Assembly (NCBI RefSeq): GCF_030028105.1
Contig: NC_092394.1
Span: forward strand, 45,548,477 to 45,612,476
Length of the DNA: 64,000 bases
Reading direction: 5' to 3'
From: Mobula birostris
Taxonomy: Eukaryota
Shown here: positions 26,020 to 38,157 of the stretch, piece after piece
Numbering within the stretch: position 1 is the first letter of the stretch
How the letters are laid out: each line of letters begins with the position of its first letter
Translations under genes and position numbers: made by a program
Notes under the pieces: generated by a model
Told to the model about the DNA's origin: nothing
Database searches by the model: none
What the model saw: only the letters and a program-made list of their open reading frames with translations

Positions 26020-26265
26020 AATGAGCACGGAATAGTTCCTTACGGCCTTTCATGCCATGCCACTCTGTAACCTCTGATTTAACCCTAACCTAATCATGGG
26101 TCAGTTTACAATTAACCGACCAACCGGTCTGCTTTGGACTGTGGGAGGAAGCCCATGCGGTCACGGGGAGAACGTACGAACTCCTTACAGACAGCGGCGG
26201 GAATTGAACCCAGGTTATTGGTACTGTAAAGCGTTGTGCTAGCCACTATACTACCATGCCGCCCC
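26020..26265 (-). mobile_element. tRNA-derived SINE
   Basis: Minus-strand head ggcggcatggtagtatagtggctagc...gggttcaattcccgccgc, with body ctccccgtgaccgcatggg...cccacagtccaaag. Confidence 0.75.
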
Positions 26266-26703
26266 AAAATTACACTGCCATTTTTTTTTACTGAACTGGA
26301 TAATCGTGCAATTTTCTATATTATATACTGCCCTGGAATTCGAAGAACTGTCCTGCTTATAAATTGCAGGGGTCCTTTCAGTTTACCTGAGAGGATGGGC
26401 TGTACATGGTTATGTAATGATAATATTACTACCTTTGAAGGGGAAGAAACAATCCTCAATACTGTATTAGCTCAGATTCTAAACTCATATTCTCAGGAGG
26501 GGTTTGGGCATGCATCATTCTGATATCAAGACAAGACTGCTAACACTAAGCTCCAGTGAGCACATGACAAGGCTATGTCATTCCTAAGAAGTAAATTTAG
26601 AAAACAAAATTGCCATTATTCAGAGGAAATCTCTCATGGTACCCTGATCTCGTTGAGACCCTCTCTCATGGTGTTCTGTTTTAAATTTTGTAATCTGCAT
26701 CAT

Positions 26704-27620
26704 CAAGTCAAGTCAAATCACTTTTTATTGTCATTTCGACCATAACTGCCGGTACAGTACACAGTAAAAACAAGACAACGTTTTTCAGGACCATGCTACA
26801 TGAACAATACAAAAACTACACTGAACTACGTAAAACAACACAAAACTACACTAGACTACAGACCTACCCAGGACTGCATAAAGTGCACAAACACTGCAGG
26901 CATTACAATAAATAATAAACAAGACAATAAGCACGGTAGAGGGCAGTAGGTTGGTGTCAGTCCAGGCTCTGGGTATTGAGGAGTTTGATGACTTGGGGGA
27001 AGAAACTGTTACATAGTCTGGTTGTGAGAGCCTGAATACTTCGGTGCCTTTTGCCAGATGGCAGGAGGGAGAAGAGTTTGTATGAGGGGTGCGTGGGGTC
27101 CTTCATAATGCTGTTTGCTTTACGGATGCAGCGTGTGGTGTAAATGTCTGTAATGGCAGGAAGAGAGACCCCGATGACCTCAGCTGACCTCACTATCCGC
27201 TGCAGGGTCCTGAGATCCGAGATGGTGCAATTTCCGAACCAGGCAGTGATGCAGCTGCTCAGGATGCTCTCAATACAACCTCTGTAGAATGTGGTGAGGA
27301 TGGAGGGTGGGAGATGAACTTCTCTCAGCCTTCGCAGAAAGTAGAGACTCTGCTGGGCTTTCTTTACTATGGAGCTGGTGTTGAGGCACCAGGTGAGATT
27401 CTCCACCAGGTGAACACCAAGAAATTTGGTCCTCTTAACAATCTCTACGGAGGAGTCGTTGATGTTCAGCGGAGAGTGGTCGTTCCGTGTCCACCTGAAG
27501 TCAACAACCATCTCTTTTGTTCACATTCAGAGACAGGTTGTTGGCTCTGCACCAGTCCATTAGCCGCTGCATTTCCTCTCTGTATGCTGACTCATCATTC
27601 TTGCTGATAAGACCCACCAA
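26704..27620 (-). mobile_element. 5'-truncated Rex1/Babar-like LINE 3' end
   Basis: ORF 26957-27511: VVDFR...KFLGVHL...KKAQQSLYFLRRLR...FYRGCIESIL; (GACTT)n tail at the left end. Confidence 0.8.
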
Positions 27621-29609
27621 ATCATCAATATAGATTAGGATATTGTTTGCAATATCTCTGCCACATTTACTGCTGTTGATGGGCTCATACCATTAAGCAA
27701 GGTATCTGTGGAACCCCCTGTAAAAAATATATAAAAGTATATGCAAGGTGACCTGACATACTCTATTTAGGAAAATAACTACAACTACATACAAAACCTT
27801 TGTGTTGGGAAAACTATTTTAAATTAGGTTTACATGTCAATTTTCTAACAATCTATTTTATGTTCTTCCCTTCATTCCATGAAATAAAACTCATTTTACC
27901 ACTCAATTTGAAAATAAAAGGATTGATTTTGTAATTTTAATAGTAAGCAACGATATGCATGTTTTAATGAATGCAATGCTCAAAGCTGCAGAATATTCAA
28001 CTAGAAAGACACTAGTTGACTTATCAGAGCAGATAATATGACTTAAAAGTACAGGATCTCAAAGACCTGAGAGATTCTGCAAGAGGACAGACAATGTTCA
28101 AAGTTCAAAATAAATTTATTATTGAAGTACACGCATGTCACCATACACAAACCTGAGATTAATTTTCTTGTGGGCATACTCAACAAACCTATAGAATAAT
28201 AACTGTAACAGAATCAATGAAGGACTGCCGAATTAGGGTGTTCAACCAGAATGTAGAAGACAACAAATTGTGCAAATACAAAATGAAGAAATAACAATGA
28301 ATAAATAAATAAACAATATAGATAGACAACATGAGATAAAGAGTCCTTGAAAGTAATTCCATTGGTCGTGGCAACATTTCAATGATGGGGTAAGTGAAGT
28401 TGAGAGAGGTTATCTTTAGTGCTGAAATAGGGGAAAGATGAACTAGAGAACTGTCGTAGACGGGAAACGTCGACTGGGATAAATAAAGATAACGTTCGAT
28501 AAATAAAAGATTGAAATATTAGATATCTATTATCTTGCATTACACCAATAGTTCAACACGGAGCTTTAAAAAGGCAGCCCTGCAGAGGCACCTTGCGGTC
28601 CGAGTCCGCAACTGCAGGTAGATAGCGTTTTTAATCTACGGGAAGAGAAAATGTGAATATTAAAATTGAAGATGAAATTGAAAATAACGTGAAATCTCCT
28701 TTGCATTTAGCTGCTCACTTCTCGAACTTCTAGAATTAAGATACTTAATACTTCCTATGTTTGTAGAAAGACAGAAGCTAAAGTGAAATCCCAAACTCAC
28801 TAATAAGTATTATTAAACTATAAAAGAAGGTTAAATTCAGGAACGTAAACACGAGGAATTCTGCAGATGGAAGGCTGGTGATATAACATGCTTCACTCAA
28901 TATTGGAAGTTCCATTTCTAATCAAAAATCAATCACAATCAAATGCACATACTGCTGAATCTGGAAATGGGTTGGATAGTGTTTGTGGGGAAACACTATT
29001 TTTAAGACAATGAACTTGATCGAAAATGTGGGTAAAAGCTATTATGGAGATAATGTACCAGGAATAGAGTTGGGAAATATTTTGGTCCCTGTTTGGGTGG
29101 AAGAAAGTGGGTAATGTGGATGAATGAGGTGCTTGTTTGTCATGGAGTCAACGATCAGTTGCAAAGGGAGGTGTTGAGTTCCAGGTCTAGGAGTGTATCT
29201 CATAACGATTTGGGACACTTGTATCATGAGTTCTTTGGGCCTATCATTGCCGAGACCCAAACCACAACACCACGTTTTCCTTAACCTGCAAGACAGCCTT
29301 TTATATTGCCATACCTGTGGAAAGCATATCTGATTAACAAGCAAGGTATCCACTCTGAACTACAAATAGTTACAGCAGAGGGGCAGATAGAGAAAATCTA
29401 GCTCGAATGACCCAAGTAATGTCGGTCTAAGATCCGATGGCTGAAGATTGTGTCATGGCCCATAAACTGGGTGGGAACATCTCTCAAGCCCGACACCAAA
29501 CCTTGTTGATTTCCCAATTGTCCCTTTGCACTCCAATCTCTATATACTTTGACAAATTTAATCTGAGAATGTTTAATATCCCTAAAAATTTGCTCATAGA
29601 GGAGCTGCA

Positions 29610-29845
29610 GCTTACTTCAATCCTGTGCGGTTGCCTCCACTGTCCCCTGCCCCCCCATACCAGACAGTGATGCAGCCAGTTAGAATGCTCTCCATTGCAC
29701 ATCTGTAGAAATTTGAAAGTGTTTTTGGTGATATACCAAATCTCCTCAAACTCCTATTGAGATATAGCCATTGCTTTGCCCTCTTTATAGCTGAATCAAT
29801 ATGTTGGGTCCAGGTTGGGCCCTCAGAGATATTGACACCCTGCAA
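29610..29845 (-). mobile_element. Rex1/Babar-like LINE fragment
   Basis: KRAKQWLYLNRSLRRFGISPKTLSNFYRCAMESILTGCITVWYG. Confidence 0.7.
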
Positions 29846-32105
29846 TTTGAGAGGGAGAAGCTAAAGTCAGATGTATCAGTATTACAGCAGAGTAAAGGGA
29901 ATTCCAGAGGCATGAGAGAGGAGCTGGCCAAAGTTGATTGGAAGGGGACACTTGCAGGGATAATGGCAGAGCAGCAATGGCCAGAATTTTTGGATCAATT
30001 CAGAAGGTGCAGGATAGATACATCCCAAAGAAGAAGTAATATTCTAAAGGCAGGATGACTCAACCATTGCTGACAAAGGAAGTCCAACCCAACATAAAAC
30101 CCAAAGGGAGGAAAAATTAGTAGGAAGTTAAGGATTGGGAAGCTTTTAAAAACTATCAGAAGGCAACTAAAAAAGTCATAAAGAGGAAAAAGATGGAATA
30201 CAAAGGTAAGCTAGCCAATAATATTGAGGAGGACACTAAAAGTTTCTTCAGATATATAAAGAATAAAAGAGAGGTAGGAGTAGATAACGGACCACTGAAG
30301 AATGATGCTGGAGGGGCAGTAATAGGGGAAATGGTAGATGAACTAAATAAGTATTTTGCCTCCATCTGTACTGTGGAAGACACTAGCAATATGCTGGAAT
30401 TTCGTGTGTTGGGGGCAGAAGTGAGTTAAATTGCTATACTAGAGTAAGGGTGCTTGGGAAGCCAGAAGGTCTGAAAGTAGGTAAGTCAGCTGGACTAAAC
30501 TGTTTACACCCTGGGGTTCTGAAAGAGGTGGCTGAAGAGACTGTGGAGGCATTAGTAACGATCTTTCAAGGATTAGTAGATTCTGGCATGGTTCCTGGAA
30601 AATTGCAATGCCAATCCACTCTTCAAGGGAGAGACAGAAAAAATGAAATTACAGACCATTTAGTCTGACCTCAGTGGTTGGGAAGATGTTGGAGTCAATT
30701 GCTAAGGATGTGGTTTCAGGATACTTGGAAATTCGATAAAATCAGCCGAAGACAGCATAGTTTCCTTGAGTTTCCTGACAAATCCATTGGAACTCTTTGA
30801 AGAAATAACAAGCAGGATAGACATAGGGGAAATCTGTTGTTTTTATATACTTGGAGTTTCAGAAGGCCTTTGACAAAGTGCAATACATGAAGCTGCTTAA
30901 TAGTTTAAGAACACATGGTATTATGGGAAGGGTACCAGCATGGACAGAGCATTGGCTGATTCGCAAGAGGCAATGAGTGGGCATAAAGGGGGCCTTTTCT
31001 GGTTGGCTGCTGGTAACTAATGGTGTTCCACAGGGGTCAATATTGGGGCTGCTTCTTTTCATGTTATATGGCAATGATTGGGATGATAGAATTGATGGCT
31101 AGCAAAGTTTGTGAATGATACAAAGATAGGTGGAGGAGTGGGTAGTATTGAGGAAGCAGAGAGACTGCTGAAGGATTTAGGTTAGGAGAATGGGCAAAAA
31201 AAAATTGGCAGATGGAATATAGTGTTCAGAAGTGTATGGTCATGCACTTTGGTAGAAGAAACAAAAGCATGGACTATTTTCTCAATAGAGAGAAAATTCA
31301 AAAATCTGTCAAGCAAAGGGAGTCCTCGTGCTTAAAGGTTAATTTGCAGGTTGAGTCGGTGGTGTGGAAAGTAAATGTAATCTTTCCATTCATATTGAGA
31401 GGACTAGAATACAAAAGTAAGATTATCATGTTGATGTGCTAAAAAGGCACTGGTGAGGTCACACGGAGCATTGTGAGCAGTTTTGGGCCCCTTATCTAAG
31501 AAAGGATGTGCTGACATTGAGTCCTGCCGAAGGGTTTTGGCCCAAAACATCAACTGTACTCTTTTTCATAGATGCTGCTTGGCCTGCTGTGTTCCTCTAA
31601 CATTTTATGTGAGTTGCTCAGATTTCCAGCATCTGAAGATTTTCTCTTGTATGTGCTGACATTGGAGAGGCTTCAAAGGAGGAAATGATTTCAGGATTGA
31701 AAGGCTTATCATATGAGGAGCCTTATGTTCTTATTAAAAGCTATCATATGTTGAAAGGCCTCAAAAGAGTGAATGTGGAGAGGATGTTTCCAATGATGGG
31801 AGATTCTAGGATGAGCAGTCACAGCCTCAGAAACAAGGGACATCCGTTTCAGAGACAAGGAGGAATTTATTTAGCCAGACTGGTGAATCTGTGGAATTCA
31901 TTGCCACAGGCAGCTGTGGAGGCCAAGTCATTTGGTATATTAAAGGCTGAGGTTGATAGATTCTTGATTAGTCAGGGCATAAAGGATTATGGGGAGAAGG
32001 CAGGAGATTGACACCCAAGAGGGAAATGGATTAGCCAGGATGTAATTGTTGAGCTGACTCAATGGGCCAAATAGCCTAATTCTGCTCCTATATCTTATGG
32101 TCTAA
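29846..32105 (+). mobile_element. CR1 LINE (ORF2 remnant with 3' tail)
   Basis: KLANNIEEDTKSFFRYIK..., FQKAFDKV and GVPQGSILG regions, NLWNSLPQ; tail tcttatggtct. Confidence 0.9.
31520..31650 (+). mobile_element. 131-bp PLE-tail insert inside the CR1
   Basis: 14-bp TSD ATGTGCTGACATTG at 31506-31519 and 31651-31664; begins AGTC-CTGCCGA-AGGG (decayed hammerhead). Confidence 0.88.
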
Positions 32106-32449
32106 CTGTGTCTAATCCTGCAAAGATATATATAGAAATCATGATATTGATGTTGCTTCCACCCTTGATATGCAAAAACCCTACCCGCATGTTTTTTTCC
32201 AACAGGAACTACTTGTTACATTGCCTGTCAACTGCTGGAAGAAAGTCAGACCTAAAGGACGCTTTTCAAAAGCCAAACAAGTATGGCAATAGAAAAAGCT
32301 GCCTTGCCTTGTTGTTCTCCTACATGTATGAATGCTTCAACTTCCTAAGAGCAAACATCACAAATAGCCTGTCTGGCATGTCCCTCGACCTACATTTTTT
32401 ATATATATATACACACACACACACCCACCCTCCCACCCACCATAGAAAG

Positions 32450-32940
32450 CATCCCATCTGAATAACATCACGGCTTGGTATGACCAGTGCTCTGCCCAGG
32501 ATTTCTAGAAACTGCAGTGATGTGGACACAGCCTAGCACATCATGGAAGTCAGCCTCCTCTCTGTGGTCTTTATCTACACTTCTTGCTGCCTCAGCCAGC
32601 ATAACCAAAGAACCCATCCACCCTGGACATTTTCTCTCTCTCCTTCTTCCTCCCATTGGGCAGAAGATACAAAAGCCAGTATCAAGAGGCTCAAAGAAAG
32701 CTTCTATTCTGTTGCTAAGACTATTGAACAGTTCCCTAGTACGACAATAGACTCCCGATTTCACAATCTTCCTTGTCATGAACTTACATCTTATCGTCTG
32801 CCTGCACAGTAATTTCTCTGTAAATGCAACACTTTATTCTGCATGGTTTTTGTTTTCCCTTGTACTACAATATATTGATCTGATAAAATAGATAGTATGC
32901 TAAACAAAGGTTTCCACTGCACCTCAGTACAAGTAACAGT
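32450..32940 (+). mobile_element. Rex1/Babar-like LINE 3' remnant
   Basis: AASASITKEPIHPGHFLSLLLPPIG...; same C-terminal type as 26957-27511. Confidence 0.6.
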
Positions 32941-34714
32941 AACACTGGACAACGAAAGTGTTGCTTCTTCAGAAATTCTGTCGTTATGATAAGACCACTT
33001 GAAGATGAACACAAATATAATTTCAAACTATTTGTATCATCGAGGAATTTGGAGAAACAAACAAAAAAAGAACTTTTATTGAATATAATGCATTTAATTG
33101 CATAACAGTGCTGGTGCTTTGCAATAGTTCAACTAAGCCAAAAATATTTTGGTGTAAAATGTAAAAATGATTTGTCTGACGGCTTCTCACTTGTGTCTAA
33201 CAATAATCAGCCAGCATTGATGGATTCCAGTTTCTCCACGAATGCAAGGACCTTTCACCAGGCTCGTCACTGACTGCGCCAAGATTTGCAGGAAATAAGT
33301 CTCAATTGGAATACACCAAATGTGAGAAGGCTTTGTCTTGGTCACCAATTTCATACCCAAAGTGGAGCTCATGGACTTTCTTGATAAGAGGATTCCTGCT
33401 CAGTCTTTGAGATTTAAGCATGGCGAGTCATTTTGCTATCACAAATACTCCCGAAAGTGCATCATTGTATTATTAGTACACACAAAACGCTGTGCATAGA
33501 ACATGCACATCGACGAGATTGCAAACCAATATACATGTAAAGGTAATCCATAGAACAGTGTGCATGTGATGTCACGCCACGCAGCATCCGTCCTACCTAA
33601 GCATACTCAGGCATACCTGGACAAGACAGAAAATGTTTTGGCTTACATTGTGGGCAACATTTTAATTGACTTGAATTATGAATTGAAAGAACAAATATAG
33701 GCAATTACAAAAAAAGTGTATGATTTGGGAAATTTCATTGTGATTTTCATGATCATAAGCACAACATCCGTATGATATACTCACAAGTATTCTGAAGCCA
33801 AATCTTTGTTGTCTAGAGTAATTGAAAAGAAATCAGTCTTTCAAGGAACAAAAATACCATCTAGAAAAGGAACATGCAACTTTACAGAGTGCAATATTAA
33901 AACCAGACTTGCACTCATTGTCCTTATTCTATGATACCAAGATGAAATACAGAACAAAGAAAATTGAAATCAATTTAAACTAAAATTTATTTGGCAAAAG
34001 AATTTCCAAAACTTCCATTGCTTAACTGGTTTCTCAGTATGGAGGCCCAAATTACCCCCAGGTTGGCTACACTAGGCAGGCCACAACATTCACAGGGCCA
34101 ACATTAGAGTCTTAAACAGACATTGAGTTCAAAGTTGTCATGCAAGAGATTCCAGATGGGAAGAAAATTTTCAAGTATGTTCTCAAAGCTCCATGACAAC
34201 CCTTAAAATGGAGGAGACGCATTTGGGGCAGCATTGAGAATCTCGCGTCCTTGCATTCAGAATAACACAAAGAAACAGCATAGTAGGACGGCTTTCAAAC
34301 TACTTATTTGTACATCCGGTCCCACACTGACTTCAACAGCCACTTCAGAACCTACCAAAATGGAATGAAAATAAATCATCCCCGATCTTGACAGACCGCC
34401 TGAGAGTAAATATCAGGGCAAGATTTTAACACCATAATGTCTTCCAGGTGTCCTCAGTAATAGTGTGATTAACAATACATAACTCTGCATAGAGAAAGCA
34501 GTTTCCCCCAATGGGGCAGTTGAGGAAACAAAATCAAAATTCATGATTCTTGTACTCACTCTTTTAATCTGTAAAAATATAGAGCAGTTATTTAAAACCA
34601 GGCTGCATGGTAGGGAGAGGGAATAAAATAACTTAAGCCAAGTTTTTAAATGTACATATCCCAGAGTGAGTTCTATAATCACAATCATTCCTTTTTGATG
34701 TTTCAGCAATAATA

Positions 34715-35353
34715 TTATCCGGGAACACCCTTAAAGCTGAATGCAATATCCAAGAGCACCTTCCCAAGTGCCTCTTGTTTCCCTCCCTTGACAAATTCTT
34801 CTGATAGCTCCCTAAAAGTACTGCAAATTCGCCTTGACTTGATGTCTTGTCTGTAAATTCCATGTTTCCATTTATATCGTGCATTTCCATACAAAACAAT
34901 TAAAGATCTCCTTGGTAAATGAATTGCCACCTCTACATCATTGGAAGGTACAGATCTTCGATTTTTGCAGGGACCTGGAATATCAACATTGAAATCAAAA
35001 ATGCTTTCTGAATTACCATTTATGGGATCATATTGCTGTGTGTTTTGTCCCATTTCAGTCAAGTGTAGCTGGAGGAAATCATCTGAATCACAGGTCATTG
35101 ATAACGCAGTTTCAGACAACAAATTAATGCTGACCAAACGTCTGCCCCACAGCCACCAGTCATCGAAGTGTGGATCAATGCCAGAGCCTTGCTCTGGTCT
35201 GTAATCTAGGTTACACTGTTCCACAGGAAGGAAGTTTTCCAGGACACTGTACTGCGCCATTCGGTTCACAAGCAAGAGGCTGAAGCATGGTAGACCACTG
35301 AAACATCCCACCTTCAACTTGTGCTTTTTAAAGTTCACCTTTGGGCCATAGTC
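34715..35353 (-). CDS. ALKBH4: ALKBH4 exon 3 (2OG-Fe(II) dioxygenase core, stop codon)
   Basis: Acceptor ctttcag|GAC; DYGPKVNFKK...IDPHFDDWWLWG (HxD)...WKHGI (distal His)...RRICSTFR; TAA at 34715. Total protein 37+66+212 = 315 aa. Confidence 0.95.
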   Translation of the reverse strand, partial: DYGPKVNFKKHKLKVGCFSGLPCFSLLLVNRMAQYSVLENFLPVEQCNLDYRPEQGSGIDPHFDDWWLWGRRLVSINLLSETALSMTCDSDDFLQLHLTEMGQNTQQYDPINGNSESIFDFNVDIPGPCKNRRSVPSNDVEVAIHLPRRSLIVLYGNARYKWKHGIYRQDIKSRRICSTFRELSEEFVKGGKQEALGKVLLDIAFSFKGVPG

Positions 35354-35994
35354 CTGAAAGTTGACAAGGAAACAAATGAGTAACAATGGATTGAAACAAG
35401 AATTCTAATTTATTTCTTCACTTGTAATCACTGGCAAGCCCTGCAATTATTGTCCATTAATATTTGCTCTTGGAAAGATAACGATGATAGCTTATTGGCT
35501 AGGTAAACCACTTCAGAGGGCAGATAAGGTTAATAATATTTCTACTGGCCTGAGCCACTTAGGGAAGACAAGACACACATTTCCTAAAAGCAAATAGAAA
35601 ACCAAACTGATATCTGTAACTACTTTTTAAAGGTTTATGTTAATTGTTACTGATAGCACAATACTTTTTTCCTCCCAAATTCTAGATTTACTGAATTCAA
35701 ATTCCCAAACTGTTGGGTTGGGGAGAAAGAACAGATTTCCAGATATGTTCTTGGAGCACAAACCCAGCACACATTTATTCTCCCGTTGGACTTTTTCTCC
35801 AGTATTTTTCTTACTATTTAAGTGTTGGGAATTGAGTTGGCTGAAGTCAAGTCTAAGTGAGTATGGGGCCCTCAAGAAGAAGCTGGGATTAATCATCTAC
35901 TCAGCACAATTGGCTAAAGTTGTTTGCTTCAGCCTTCAATTTGGCACTCAGATGTTGGTCTTTTTTATGTTCTTGGGAGTTGTTGCTCCAGCCC

Positions 35995-36350
35995 CCAGAG
36001 CATGCCCTTTTCTCCCTGTTACATCAGGTAGGAGATACAGAAGCCTGAAGGCACACACTCAGCGATTCAGGAACAGCTTCTTCCCTTCTGCCATCCAATT
36101 CCTAAATGGACATTGAATCTTTGGATACTACCTCACTTTTTAAAAAAAATCTAATAAGTATTTCTGTTTTTGCACATTTTTAAAGATCTATTCAATATAC
36201 GTAATTCATTTACTTGTTAATTTACTATTATATTTTATTTTATTTATTATTATTTTTTCTCTTTCTGCTAGTTTATGTATTGCACTGAACTGCTGCTGGG
36301 AAGTTAATAAATTTCACGTCACTTGCCAGTGATGATAAACCTGATTCTGA
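35995..36350 (+). mobile_element. Rex1/Babar-like LINE 3' tail
   Basis: SGRRYRSLKAHTQRFRNSFFPSAI, AT-rich UTR and a ctgattctga tail. Confidence 0.7.
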
Positions 36351-36939
36351 TGCTCGACTCACAGCAACGGTTTAATTATTCTGAACTATTCATGAACAAA
36401 TAGGGTGGGTCGACCAAGCTTTGACTTGATCCATCGGTTTAACTCTATCCAAGTTTAACCATACTGAATTGGCCTATGGATCGAAGGTATTGTGTAAATA
36501 CAGTACAGATGTATGAAACCGGAGGAAATTAGGTATAAATGCCTGCTTTCTCTTTCAGAATATGGCAAGCATCACAATATAACAGATTCTTCAATTTGGC
36601 ATCAATCACCACAAATCTCCTCACTTCTTTCACATTCCAGTTAGTTTTATTCATATGTTTTTAAACAATATGGTTCATAAATTTCCTGTTAAATATTCAA
36701 TTTCCCACAAAAGTTTATATTAAATTATTCTCTTCTAAAAATCTGACCCAAGAATGAAAATGTACTGATACCCAAGTAATTTCAGTCAACAGATGAAAAG
36801 AATTTAAAACAGCATTCAAAATAAATGGAGTGTTCAAACTCATCTGGTGAATGCAAATGGAAAAAAATACAGAACTAAAAGCAGAAAATGTTGAAAATAC
36901 TCAATCAGGTCCAGCAACAACTATTGAAAAGAGAAGCAG

Positions 36940-36976
36940 AAATAACGTTTCAGATCAGTGATCATTCATCAGAATT
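36940..36976 (-). ncRNA. Hammerhead motif of a second, older PLE-tail subfamily
   Basis: Minus strand AATT-CTGATGA-ATGATCACTGATCT-GAAA-CG-TT-ATTT: different stem sequences around the same core. Confidence 0.55.
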
Positions 36977-37644
36977 AGGAAATGATTTTTCCTTGCTCTG
37001 ATAACTGTTTCTCTCTGTACAGATACTGTTGGGCCTGTTGATTAATTTCAGCAATTTCTGCTTGGTTAATAATTTGCATCACTCTAATCTCTGCTTGTAG
37101 ATAGAACCTCAATATTATATAACAATGTTACGAATGTTTTTAATAGCAAAAGAAACAATTCAATTATGTACTTCCAGATCCTTGGAATGTCAAGGGACAC
37201 AGTGTACATCCAAAACAGGAAACTTGAAATGACTGATTTTAATAAGAGTGGACTTTAATTAAAATTGTACTTAAAAGAAAAAAATCTGTTGAGTTACTTT
37301 AAAATCTATTGCATCGACATTTTAAAAAAGCTCAGCACATAGCTTTGCATGCATTTTGAAAAACTATTTACAAATGCCTTAAGATATTTGGGAAGTGTGA
37401 TATATTTGCACCAGAATGATTAATGTCTATAATGGGAAGTTGTCTTCTATAATCCAATCAAAACAAACTGTTAAACACAAAAAGAAGAATGGAATTAAAT
37501 AATAATTGGCTATCACATCTGATCACTTGAAACAGAAATTTCTCATTCTATCACTTTATGGAGGTATACTGCAAAACTGTATTGTATCGGTGTCCCAGCA
37601 AGTGATCCATAAATAATATGTTCATCATGACAGGGAAACCTAAC

Positions 37645-37842
37645 CTGCTTCCTTCGTCCAGATTGGGAAGGTTTCCACTCATTGTTATCCATCAGGTTTA
37701 CCAACTCTGTTTCTTCCTCTTCATTCACAAAATTTTCTGCTAAAAATACGCCAGGAAATGGAAAAGCCCAGCCACTCAGACATGTGGAGTCATCCCCAAC
37801 TGCCAAGCCTGACTTGGGATGATAAGTGAAGTGGTACGTTCT
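37645..37842 (-). CDS. ALKBH4: ALKBH4 exon 2
   Basis: Acceptor ttctacag|AGA; RTYHFTYHPKSGLAVG...GWAFPFPGVFLAENFVNEEEETELVNLMDNNEWKPSQSGRRKQ; donor CAG|GTTAGG; 198 nt, phase 0. Confidence 0.93.
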
Positions 37843-38157
37843 CTGTAGAAAGAGTTTTTAATGACAATGTTCACATAATTAGAAAGAGCATTTTGACACA
37901 AAAAAAATACTGGCATCAGTATCACTCCATCCCAAACTACTTTTTGATAAAAAAAAAACAATGAAATTCATTGACCAAATCAAATACCATATAAATAATA
38001 CATGTGTTTGTTTTTGGACCAGGAACAAAACTTCAGTGTTTTCTTAACATTCCCAACATATATGGAGAAGTTTTTAATCCAATTGGAAAAGGAGTGCAAG
38101 GTGCACATACAAATATAAAATGCAACACAAGTCATATCCAAACATTGCGTTGTTTTA

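Noticed and set aside
24945-26265. tRNA genes
   Set aside because: The A/B-box-like heads continue into SINE bodies and do not form complete cloverleafs.
32945-33620. Possible non-autonomous DNA transposon
   Set aside because: It looks repeat-like, but I could not identify TIRs, a TSD or coding remnants.
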